A DNA stretch of 60,233 bases from Sedimentisphaerales bacterium (GTDB taxonomy: Bacteria > Planctomycetota > Phycisphaerae > Sedimentisphaerales > Anaerobacaceae), in contig JBELAA010000001.1 in the NCBI GenBank assembly GCA_049509315.1, positions 1 through 60,233 on the forward strand, read 5' to 3'. Under the pieces are notes generated by a model. That model was not told the DNA's origin, did not search any database, and saw only the letters and a list, made by a program, of their open reading frames with translations. Below are positions 25,301-31,980 of this stretch, piece after piece (position 1 is the stretch's first letter; each line of letters starts with the position of its first letter). The position numbers and the translations under genes are program-made.

Positions 25301-28300
25301 TTGTTTCGGGGCCTCTTTATCATACTTCGGGTTTGTTATATCGACGATTTCTTCCTGGGGGATCCCTCCGGCAACAAGTTTCTTTATCATATCGGCGGTA
25401 GCGTCGAACGTCATTACGTCTTCTCCGCCCGGGCCCTTACGATATGATCTCGGCCGATCGATAAAAACAAGCTGTGTGTACTTCTGGTTATTGTACTTTT
25501 TATATGTTTCGAGGATGTTGCGTACTCCCTGGTTCAGCTTGCTGTCTGGCAGGTCCGGAAGGTTCGGGCTGAACAATCTCAGGTCAAGCGCAGCCTTCTT
25601 GCCGTCGTCGATTATCACCAGTACATTGTCTGCGCCCTTTTCCGCTCGCTGGCCTTTAAGCCCCTTTTCCCTTCGAACAAGGTACCGCTTAAACGATTTC
25701 ATGAGGTCGGAGGCCGGCGCCGCTATGTTTATTACCTTCTCCAGCGGAAGATTTTTACCCGGTACCAGTATGCCCTTGTCCTTCAAATAGTTGTTTGTCT
25801 TTATGTCCCATACTTCCCGCAGCGCCTTCATGAATTCGGGTACGTTGGTAAGCCGTGAAAAGCGAGTGGTCGGCCGGTATGCGGACCCGCTGTTGTCGAG
25901 CTCCATCTCCGTGACCGTATCGGCAAACAATCTGCTCCAATCGTCAAAACTTTCTATATTGTTTTCATGCAGCCAGTCGCGCTGCAGATACTTCATCATG
26001 GAATATGCTTCAACGAGCGAGTTGGATATCGGGGTACCTGTGGAAAATATCAGGCGGGCGCCCTTGCGCGTCAAATACTTCGATTTATGGAACATATCAT
26101 AGGAGCGGCCGGACCCCATAGGACTACCCATGCCGCGGACGCCTTCGAGGGCGGTATAGTATTCGAGGTTTTTAAATTCGTCGGCCTCATCGATCGTAAG
26201 GAAGTCAATACCAAGGTCCTCAAAATAGAGCGTTCCCCGTTCTTTCCGCGCCTTATTGAGTAACCCCTGTCTTTTCTGTTTGTACGACTCCAGTTTCTTC
26301 TCGAGCTGCTTCACCGAGCGCGGTTTCTTTTTCTTACTGCCGAAGCTTTCGTTGGCGTGTTCCGTTTCGTATGCTTTGAGATAATTTTGGTATTGATTGA
26401 TTTCTTCCGATATCTGCTCCGCCTCTTCCCTGGGGGACAGTGGTATCTTTTTAAAGTCCTCGCGTTTTATCAATACGGCGTCCCAGTCGCCGGTGGCTAT
26501 TTTATTGATAAATAGCCTGCGTTTATCCGGCGACAAGTCGCCTTCATTTGCCACCAGTATATTGGCATGCGGATAGGCGGAATAAAAATCCGCCGTCCAC
26601 TGGCGTATTAACTTGTTCGGGAATACGTGCATTGGCTTCTTTGCAAGGCCAAGGCGCCGCGCTTCCTGACCGGCCCATATCATTTCAAGGGTTTTACCGG
26701 ACCCGACCCCATGGGCGAGCATGGTGTTTTTGTTCTGGATAATCCGCCATACTGCGTCCGCCTGGTGGATACGCGCCGGCCATGGGAATGAACTGCCGGT
26801 AAAGAACACCTGTGCGCTGGGGTCCTTTATTCTCTTCGGGTGGATGTATTCACGGTTCACGAACGCATTAAAGCGGTCGTTATAGTCGCGCACAATCCGC
26901 TCTTTCCGTTCGTTGTCCGACCATAGCCATTCGGTAAACTTCTTCTTTATCTCGTCCGCCCGGGCCTGCGCTGCCGCTGATTCCTGCTCGTTGAATACCT
27001 CTTTTGCGTGTCCTGGGTCGTCGGGTAATGGATCGGATACGGTATCATAAATCTTTGGCCGGCGACCGGCCATGAGTTCGCGCATGATCTCAATGCCGTT
27101 CATTCTCGGCGTACCGTATGTTTCTTCGACGAGCCGGGAATTATAATACCCACCTATTTTAATGTCCCACTGCCCGTTAAAGCTATTGTGGTTTGCGGAA
27201 ACATTGTTTGCGCCGAACGTGTCCTTCAAAAACTCTTCAATATCGGTGTGCTGCAGTAGTGGCGAATTCATCCGTACGGATATCCGCTCCGCAGGTTTAT
27301 CCGGCGGGATTATTGTTTCGAGTTCGCGCACGTTCAGGTCGAACATCCGGTATTTTTTTGCCGCTTCTTTTGCCTTTAACAGCTTCTGACGTACGTTTCC
27401 GGACAAATACTCGTCTCTTGACTGGTATAATTCGCGCTTGCCGTTCAAATAATCTTCCGGGCTGCGGAATACCAGCCTTTCCGCCAGAAGCTTGTCGACC
27501 GTTGCGGGGCCGTCCATGCCGAGCATGTCAGCTATACGGTGAATATTGACCGACCCGTATTGATTGAGTGAAACAATGAGCGCATCCTGCGCTGAGTCGG
27601 TTTTCTCGATCGCCTTATCGCGGGTGAAAGAATAACCCTTAAAAATAGCTGTCTTTTTTGCGGTGTCCGTCTGGTCGTCGTAGTTTTCAAGTGCTGCGAG
27701 TTGGTACCGGGCCGGGTCCTGTTTTATCAGGTTGAAAGTGCGCTTGTTATTTATCGGGCCGTGCTTTTTTACAAAAGAGTCGTATGCGGCGTTGAGTTTT
27801 GCAAGGTATTTCTTCGATTCGGCGCCCTCTTCGAGCCTTTCAGCATCAAACATTTTCTGCATGATGCTCTTAATCTCGGCCATCCGGTGTATTTTGTCGT
27901 GATTTTTACCCTCCGGCACCTTGTTGACGAAACCAGTTTCTGGATTTTTCTGGTAGAGCACATCCTTTTCAACAAAAAACGACCCGGGCGCCATGCGCTT
28001 AATATCTTCCGGCTGGTCGAATTCATCGAATGACACATGAAGGTTGTTTTCATCGACATACGGTGTAACAATGTCCTTTGGAAATTTATCTGCAGCGTTA
28101 AAAAGCATTTCCTCGAACTGTTCGTGAGTGACCGCCGGGTCAAGTTCGACGGTGTACTGGTCGCCGCCGTACCTGGTACCACCGAGCGTCGGTTTTCCCA
28201 GCACCATTTCTTCGTGGTTCTGAAAATATTTATTAACAAACATATCTTTCTTGCCGCCGGCCTTCGGTGCGTCCATGGATACGGCGCCGGACTCTACAAA

Positions 28301-29944
28301 CAACTTACTCATCTCAGAGGGCGGCTGGTTCGGGGCCCGCTTCTGCAGGAAAATTATATCGGTGACCACCTCGGTGCCGGCGTTCTCCTTGAATGCGGTA
28401 TCAGGCAGCCGGACCGCCCCAATAAAATCTGCCTGTTTTATTATCGCCTGACGTACGGATGGGTTTTTCTTGTCCATCGTGTAGTGCGACGTTACAAAAC
28501 CGAGAAGTCCTCCGGGACGCAGGCCGTATAATGATTTCATGAAGTAAAAATCATGGAGCGCCATACCCTTGGGTAGATCCGGCGTTGCGGCGTCCGACGG
28601 TTCAACCGGCGATATTTCGCTGAAGGGAACATTTGATAAAATAAGCTGGTAATAGTCTTTCGGCATCTTCAGGGTTTCGTAACCCTGTATCTGAATTATG
28701 GCGTTCTGGTAGAGCTGTTGGGCGATACGTCCGGATATCGGGTCGAGCTCGATACCTTCCATGGACATATTAAGGGATGTCGGACGCAGGCCGAAAAAGT
28801 GTCCTATGCCGGTCGCCGGTTCGAGTGTCGGGCCGCCGTTAAAACCCATGCGCGTAATGGCGTTCCATATCGATTGAATGACCGCCGGGGAAGTGTAGTG
28901 CGCGTTTGTGGTAGATGCCCGGGCCGCAGCGTATTCTTCTTTAGTGAGTAATCCCTTCAATTCATCGTGGGCGATGTTGGATTCTTTAAAGGTCGCGGAA
29001 AGCCCGCCCCATCCGACGTAACGGACAAGCGCCTGCTGCTCTTCCGGCGTGGCGTGACGGTTTTCGCTTTCGATCTGTTTGAGGATTTTTATTGCATTAA
29101 GATTATCTTTCAGTTTTGCGGCCGGTCCACCGTGCCCGATGTTGTCGGCTTCCTGAATAAGATAATCTATAAGGCGCTGTTTCTTCCGGCCCTCTGGGGT
29201 ATGGTCTATTAATCTGGGTTCATCTCCGCGGCTTCCCCTTGCCCCTCCGTCGCTTCCGGCAGCCAGAGATCCCGTTCCGCCACCTCCTCCGCCTCGTTCG
29301 GATACATCCCGTACTTTACCAGCTGGTGTTCCTGTTCGATCTCCCGGTCGCACGCCTTCTGTACCGCCTGGTGTAACTCCCCCTTCTTCCGCAGGTTGAG
29401 CACGTACTGGGGCTGCGCCTTCGCCCACTGCTGCAGCACCTCGATCTCCCAGCTGGTCAGCTCCTTCCGGTCTTCCGGCAATATTGGTGCCGGTTCCTGC
29501 GGCGGCTGGCTTTGCGGCTTCGGTCGGGGCGGCGGCGCCGGCCTTGGGTTCGGCGGGTCGTGCGGGAATCTTTGTAGGGGCGGCATGTTCGCTTGGGCCT
29601 GCAGGTTTTCCTGCTGCTGGCTCTGCTCCGGTAGCTGGCTTTGCGGGGAGTTGTTCGGGTTCGGTTCCACGTTTACCTTCTTCCGGTGGTTTAGTGGTGG
29701 TAATTACCTCTTGTCCCTTCCCTTTAATTATACCTGTTTCCGCAGGAGATATCAAGGGTTTTATTGTTTTTATTTTGTTCTTCGCGGCTGCCGGGGTCAG
29801 GAGTGTACGGGCCTGTTCTATGGTCGGAAGGCCCGCGCCCTCATGTCTTACAAACGCGACAAAGGCCCGTTCCGGTCCGAATGTCTTTTCGAGTTCTTTG
29901 TATTCAGGCGCGTTTTTATTCGGGCAATGGATTTTTACAGGCAT
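19340..29944 (-). CDS. Giant polyvalent protein (3534 aa): N6-adenine MTase + SF2/SNF2-like helicase + RadC/JAB + C-terminal membrane module
   Basis: Uninterrupted 10.6-kb ORF. MTase motif I LEPATGIGHFFG and motif IV SNVPFS (about 28330-29190). Helicase motifs AHGVGSGKTLEM, IDEADEFKN, STGTPISNS, NGRFVRQGN (about 25000-26790). RadC/JAB motif HNHPGGDPTPSYADL (about 23080-23420). TM helix LMALTTLAVLFWVGARVL near 20170-20215. Confidence 0.9.
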   Translation of the reverse strand: MPVKIHCPNKNAPEYKELEKTFGPERAFVAFVRHEGAGLPTIEQARTLLTPAAAKNKIKTIKPLISPAETGIIKGKGQEVITTTKPPEEGKRGTEPEQLPAKPATGAEPAAGKPAGPSEHAAPTKIPARPAEPKAGAAAPTEAAKPAAAGTGTNIAGRPEGADQLGDRGAAAVGEGAAPVRAQPAEEGGVTPGGTEGVRPGDRTGTPAGKVRDVSERGGGGGGTGSLAAGSDGGARGSRGDEPRLIDHTPEGRKKQRLIDYLIQEADNIGHGGPAAKLKDNLNAIKILKQIESENRHATPEEQQALVRYVGWGGLSATFKESNIAHDELKGLLTKEEYAAARASTTNAHYTSPAVIQSIWNAITRMGFNGGPTLEPATGIGHFFGLRPTSLNMSMEGIELDPISGRIAQQLYQNAIIQIQGYETLKMPKDYYQLILSNVPFSEISPVEPSDAATPDLPKGMALHDFYFMKSLYGLRPGGLLGFVTSHYTMDKKNPSVRQAIIKQADFIGAVRLPDTAFKENAGTEVVTDIIFLQKRAPNQPPSEMSKLFVESGAVSMDAPKAGGKKDMFVNKYFQNHEEMVLGKPTLGGTRYGGDQYTVELDPAVTHEQFEEMLFNAADKFPKDIVTPYVDENNLHVSFDEFDQPEDIKRMAPGSFFVEKDVLYQKNPETGFVNKVPEGKNHDKIHRMAEIKSIMQKMFDAERLEEGAESKKYLAKLNAAYDSFVKKHGPINNKRTFNLIKQDPARYQLAALENYDDQTDTAKKTAIFKGYSFTRDKAIEKTDSAQDALIVSLNQYGSVNIHRIADMLGMDGPATVDKLLAERLVFRSPEDYLNGKRELYQSRDEYLSGNVRQKLLKAKEAAKKYRMFDLNVRELETIIPPDKPAERISVRMNSPLLQHTDIEEFLKDTFGANNVSANHNSFNGQWDIKIGGYYNSRLVEETYGTPRMNGIEIMRELMAGRRPKIYDTVSDPLPDDPGHAKEVFNEQESAAAQARADEIKKKFTEWLWSDNERKERIVRDYNDRFNAFVNREYIHPKRIKDPSAQVFFTGSSFPWPARIHQADAVWRIIQNKNTMLAHGVGSGKTLEMIWAGQEARRLGLAKKPMHVFPNKLIRQWTADFYSAYPHANILVANEGDLSPDKRRLFINKIATGDWDAVLIKREDFKKIPLSPREEAEQISEEINQYQNYLKAYETEHANESFGSKKKKPRSVKQLEKKLESYKQKRQGLLNKARKERGTLYFEDLGIDFLTIDEADEFKNLEYYTALEGVRGMGSPMGSGRSYDMFHKSKYLTRKGARLIFSTGTPISNSLVEAYSMMKYLQRDWLHENNIESFDDWSRLFADTVTEMELDNSGSAYRPTTRFSRLTNVPEFMKALREVWDIKTNNYLKDKGILVPGKNLPLEKVINIAAPASDLMKSFKRYLVRREKGLKGQRAEKGADNVLVIIDDGKKAALDLRLFSPNLPDLPDSKLNQGVRNILETYKKYNNQKYTQLVFIDRPRSYRKGPGGEDVMTFDATADMIKKLVAGGIPQEEIVDITNPKYDKEAPKQQLFDAVRSGKVRVLFGSVEKLGVGVNVQDHGKAVHQLDARWRPRDYDQSNGRFVRQGNKVVDFDENGKRTTPAGELGTVEIYNYVTKGSLDTGIWNMLEVKSKSINTIMDTRPEDLQDEIEEDYFGSVKDLSIEDPIMKEAMTLRHRVKELENLERVHINDISHHKAEIRAIPERIARLNKNIAAYKADVTQREPEKTVEVKPGAAPSEEKQFSIFVDGKTYDKRTEAGAALLKVITALEKKMKDRNSNGEEQKNIGRFAGFNISARTKLGWYMPERKAGAVTTSGEVFGVQGPISEIVVNGKYNYVGQLSPSSRSPIGLVASLHDAVYKRMDQNLKNEQAAVAEQEKNLEDDKAKENVTFTLADELAQKKARMNELDKVLADHKEEEIKPEDEPVRWEKERAFIPTGEAIEPVNEEDAEGRVEAGSGGVEESQAPYGETPDLFKGTEFEDTRTKGQREIAEEEQRRAEARKEIMRENPLEGTPLFDKNEQEARATEQVDLFKPEDLGYTAEDVNATFGSMEALNETNRQVRETLRNIRPAEVPEAGIREENRPGIRRGKRTSSAVPEPEVSGRERTPGRPYSRTKGTVRGVGRAGQSIIEASWNKLHRIDFTGKVVTSPQEIAQLFSIFRHPNIEHVHLIYVNNKNEIVAHNTMSAGLANQSKAVEDADDFARSMYRVKNRMERLGANKIFMVHNHPGGDPTPSYADLALTRKYSDTLGKGFVAHIVINGTEYAVINENGDFKGKYTYVPAKQYDLPTVKIYGHNEVVDAVKGVMKRGVKAVQVVLDNRNKITAWYPLRLGVTLHKQTLYQNQQNAGGTVSIVVASNTRGEPDAEKFVHEVREIYRSQGFKKDDVLLDVVYEGREPDNYITEKNMGPSLTYRGPDAYKSGFVWDEPAPYDQSTGIETAAARASRSSDETSDLETTGMNISPAEGLSTVQKPSTDLISEESPRRTQTRQVEDSRETMASSLSKENIEPPSSLNIRFGGGNYKKNLALVEENQPPYGYNEYKTELNDVLKKYDDGDENGNYLTEQDVFEEARRIAEDGFPSPEFSEAIDTYIKEVGEDLELGGRGDMDSANDNFMNALRKEAEGKRGAIVEEGRPPYGEVRGEGEDLDQIFGETNIEMKDMRGAPLGPVPIPQSTIGQKIARRVEDLYNEIAKTPAYTPYKKTLLTWQANVQKWSQYATAAEKYVKDELEKDPTKEEALSIYLEAQGDEETIRYQLQKTKDLIKNTKNDDQRKWMIKHKVVEGYEAALKLNEKDKEILSWVSDKYSALGKQAQERDLVDKIRDNYVTHLVDMEGDKPAGFSGKLALNFKFGRERTIPTLFEAEQLGYKPQTKKIGELLGIYIYELGKTIETRDFIANLNSTLMPDGRHIAMPMGSGDKVIPEEPGKKPFYLIRSRSLAKQYEDYLPVKHPAMMDWKYVSTTDNGEKVMYQGNLAVHPDVAGHLQNVLGTDAIREWYRKELPPIMGTVRDVIKTADLIQSGTKQSMFSLSGFHWVQEGTHAVGHWTNPFAGIDKIDLVNNPLHYRAAAHGLMMIADYDGMQNFREGLSSGPILYKLPVAGPMLEAISEPLFTWYIPGLKYKVYNNMLARNIKRYDRMIKSGERSVDDIEYLSARQTNAAFGHQNYIDMGRSKTIQHLLQSVFLAPDFLEARARFAGQAVKSIATLPEDVYRKITGKTPKDHQNGREQLMALTTLAVLFWVGARVLNKLFGGEDFGHGDYHFEEPFSFVYKNRKYGLRSVPEDMWKLFKNTSQFISGRMSPILGKTVHWMLSHRDFRGQPQSAWQFLEEELLTWIPIGLSRMIKQGNKDIDWWQSLLTSMGLQVARYSKSTEIYLKAEAWRKEHEVQPDQGTYPISKYRDVRNALQDKNLQKASKEWQRVVAVEQKKEPDVTRGTIIKKLAHGFKIGLQHPFTGSKAREHEFYKSLDPVDKDAYNRAIQERKEVYNNFLKIYHGSFGEEVTEGAAPTVETPPPTPADEE

Positions 29945-29946
29945 GG

Positions 29947-30312
29947 TTAAACGCTCTTGTATGTTAAGGTTTTCGCTTTGAAAAAATACTTCGTAAAACC
30001 GACCGCTTTTTTCGCGTCAAACCTCTTGCATGAATATATGTCTACCGTGAAAAAGTTACAACTCTCCCAGGTATATACCGATGTGCCGCTCTCCACCCAT
30101 ACCATGAGGCCCTCGTATCCCTCCTGCTGGCCGTGCGGCCGGTACTTCTCGCCGTTTCTCATGACGCGGGGCCCGAAGATGATGGTCATTCGAAGAAGGT
30201 ATGATAAATCACGCAGATATTTTCTTATTCTGGGTGCGGAAAGGGCCGCCTCGTAATGCCCTTCAATTACAAGACGCTGACGGTAAATGTCCCTCGCTAT
30301 CTTTTTCATCAT
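29947..30312 (-). CDS. S-adenosylmethionine decarboxylase-like (pyruvoyl-type fold) protein
   Basis: GYEGLMVWVESGTSVYTWESCNFFTVDIYSCKRFD aligns by eye to the SpeH-type core [35 protein letters not shown]. The Glu-Ser processing dipeptide and the Cys are kept. The His of the IH motif is replaced by Tyr. Confidence 0.6.
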   Translation of the reverse strand: MMKKIARDIYRQRLVIEGHYEAALSAPRIRKYLRDLSYLLRMTIIFGPRVMRNGEKYRPHGQQEGYEGLMVWVESGTSVYTWESCNFFTVDIYSCKRFDAKKAVGFTKYFFKAKTLTYKSV

Positions 30313-30317
30313 TCCCC

Positions 30318-30722
30318 CTAAAACGGCTTTCCATCAAAAACGCGATTACATCGTTCTTCGTGTTCTTTCAAGTTTACATTTAATAATTCAGCCATGTATC
30401 GCTCCATCTTAATTGCCGCCGTATGTTCGTAGAAATACGGCGCCCCTTTTATTTCTCCCGGTTCGTCGGCGTCCGGGTGTTCGATGTCCCAGTCGTATAT
30501 TTCTTTTTCCGTAATACCGCGCCGGAAACAGAGAAACATTTCGACGAGTTCATGGAAAAGAACAAGGAAGCATGAGTCGAGCCCGAGTTCCCGCGACGCA
30601 ACGACGGTAAACCGGTATCCCTTCGCGGTGATCTTCCACAGATAATCACCGAGCGTCGGATACCTATGCCGCTTGTGCGGTAACGTCTTCAGGTTTATTT
30701 TCAGGTTGAGCATTGGTTTCAA
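30318..30722 (-). CDS. Hypothetical protein (conserved-looking YPTLGDY...FHELVEMF core)
   Basis: 134-aa ORF. Its 5-prime 59 nt overlap the ATP-grasp gene, so the true start is uncertain. Confidence 0.45.
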   Translation of the reverse strand: MKPMLNLKINLKTLPHKRHRYPTLGDYLWKITAKGYRFTVVASRELGLDSCFLVLFHELVEMFLCFRRGITEKEIYDWDIEHPDADEPGEIKGAPYFYEHTAAIKMERYMAELLNVNLKEHEERCNRVFDGKPF

Positions 30723-31980
30723 AGTAATTAATCCCGAATTTTGCCGATTTTGCTATCTCGTCTTCCGCTTCATCCAAAGAGTCGGGGAATATATCTATAA
30801 AGTATCCCGTAACGCTCTTCGCTACCTTCTTTACCATATCGATCGCCGCCTGCAGTGTGTCGCCGTAACCGACCGCGGCGCCTATCTCCGGCAGGCCAAG
30901 CGCCTGCGGTATAACGTAGTACCGGTCGTCGACCATGGCGGCGTTTCGCAGTTTGATAAACTGGCGGTTTTCCGGGGGAAAGTCGACCGGCTGCCAGTTC
31001 TTATCGGCCCAGCTCGAGTGTATCAGCATCTCCGCGCCGAATTTAGCGACCGGTACCGGGTCGACAAGGATGCCGTTACCGCCCGCCCATATAATTTCCG
31101 CAAGGTTCTTATAGTTTTCCTGGTAAAGCTCGCTCGGTGGGGATCCGGCCCGGGCGCACATATCGATCATAACCGGCTTTTTGTCACCGCCGACGCGCAG
31201 CTCAGTTGAATAAAAACCTCGATATCCGTATTGTTTGAGTGTCGGCGCCAGCGCTTTATCAAAATCGGTAATAACGGCCGGCAGGTCCTTATACTGTTTG
31301 AATATTCCGATGTATCCCTTATCTTTAACCTCTATTCCGGACATCATCTGGGAAGGGAATTTTCCATCAATTGAATAAGCGTCGAGGCCAACTTCAACGA
31401 GATCCGGCAGGTCGTCTTCAACGATAAATTCCATGATATTTTTAAAGGCGCCGAGCTGGTACGCGAGTTCGTCCAGCTTTGGTTCAACCTCCTTAAAATC
31501 CTTCGAGAAGAAGGTTTCCATCATGCCGCGCCATTTATTGATTTTCACCCATTTATTGTTGTTGGATTTAAGATATTCCCGCAGGGCATTAATCCCCTTT
31601 ATCTTTATCCACGGTTGGACCGGCAAGCCAAGGCTCTTCATGAGATTCTTCATTGAGTCGCGGTAAAGCTCCATCTCCTCGCCCATCCTTGCGCCCCACA
31701 CGGCCTTCCCCTGGCTTTCGAGCCATACCTGCATCTCGCCGTAATAAACGTCAGGAAATACCCAGAGGTCGACCTGGTTGAAATAAGGCCATGGGGATTC
31801 AACAACCTCGATATTTTCCAGTCCTCTGCCTATCCAGGCTTCGTGCATCCGCGGGAAGGAGTTCGGCCAGCCAAGGACGCAGTAATAAACCTTCTTGTAT
31901 TCCCGGGCCAGGCGGACCGCTATCTCGACGAAGATCCCGTTATCAATCACCATGGCCACTACGTCTTTCACCTGCTTCAT
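30664..31980 (-). CDS. ATP-grasp-like (PurD-like) ligase
   Basis: Start set at MKQVKDVV (ATG 31980, ATGA overlap with the upstream stop). The overall layout (VIDNG...; WVKINKWRGMMETF; STELRVGGDKKPVMIDMCARAGSPP) recalls ATP-grasp carboxylate-amine ligases. Not motif-proven. Confidence 0.5.
   Translation of the reverse strand: MKQVKDVVAMVIDNGIFVEIAVRLAREYKKVYYCVLGWPNSFPRMHEAWIGRGLENIEVVESPWPYFNQVDLWVFPDVYYGEMQVWLESQGKAVWGARMGEEMELYRDSMKNLMKSLGLPVQPWIKIKGINALREYLKSNNNKWVKINKWRGMMETFFSKDFKEVEPKLDELAYQLGAFKNIMEFIVEDDLPDLVEVGLDAYSIDGKFPSQMMSGIEVKDKGYIGIFKQYKDLPAVITDFDKALAPTLKQYGYRGFYSTELRVGGDKKPVMIDMCARAGSPPSELYQENYKNLAEIIWAGGNGILVDPVPVAKFGAEMLIHSSWADKNWQPVDFPPENRQFIKLRNAAMVDDRYYVIPQALGLPEIGAAVGYGDTLQAAIDMVKKVAKSVTGYFIDIFPDSLDEAEDEIAKSAKFGINYFETNAQPENKPEDVTAQAA

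Noticed and set aside
19340-29944. N4-like virion-encapsidated RNA polymerase, considered because of the ~3500-aa size and the gp49-like and gp56-like neighbours
   Set aside because: No single-subunit RNAP motifs were recognisable. Clear MTase, SF2 helicase and RadC/JAB motifs are present instead.
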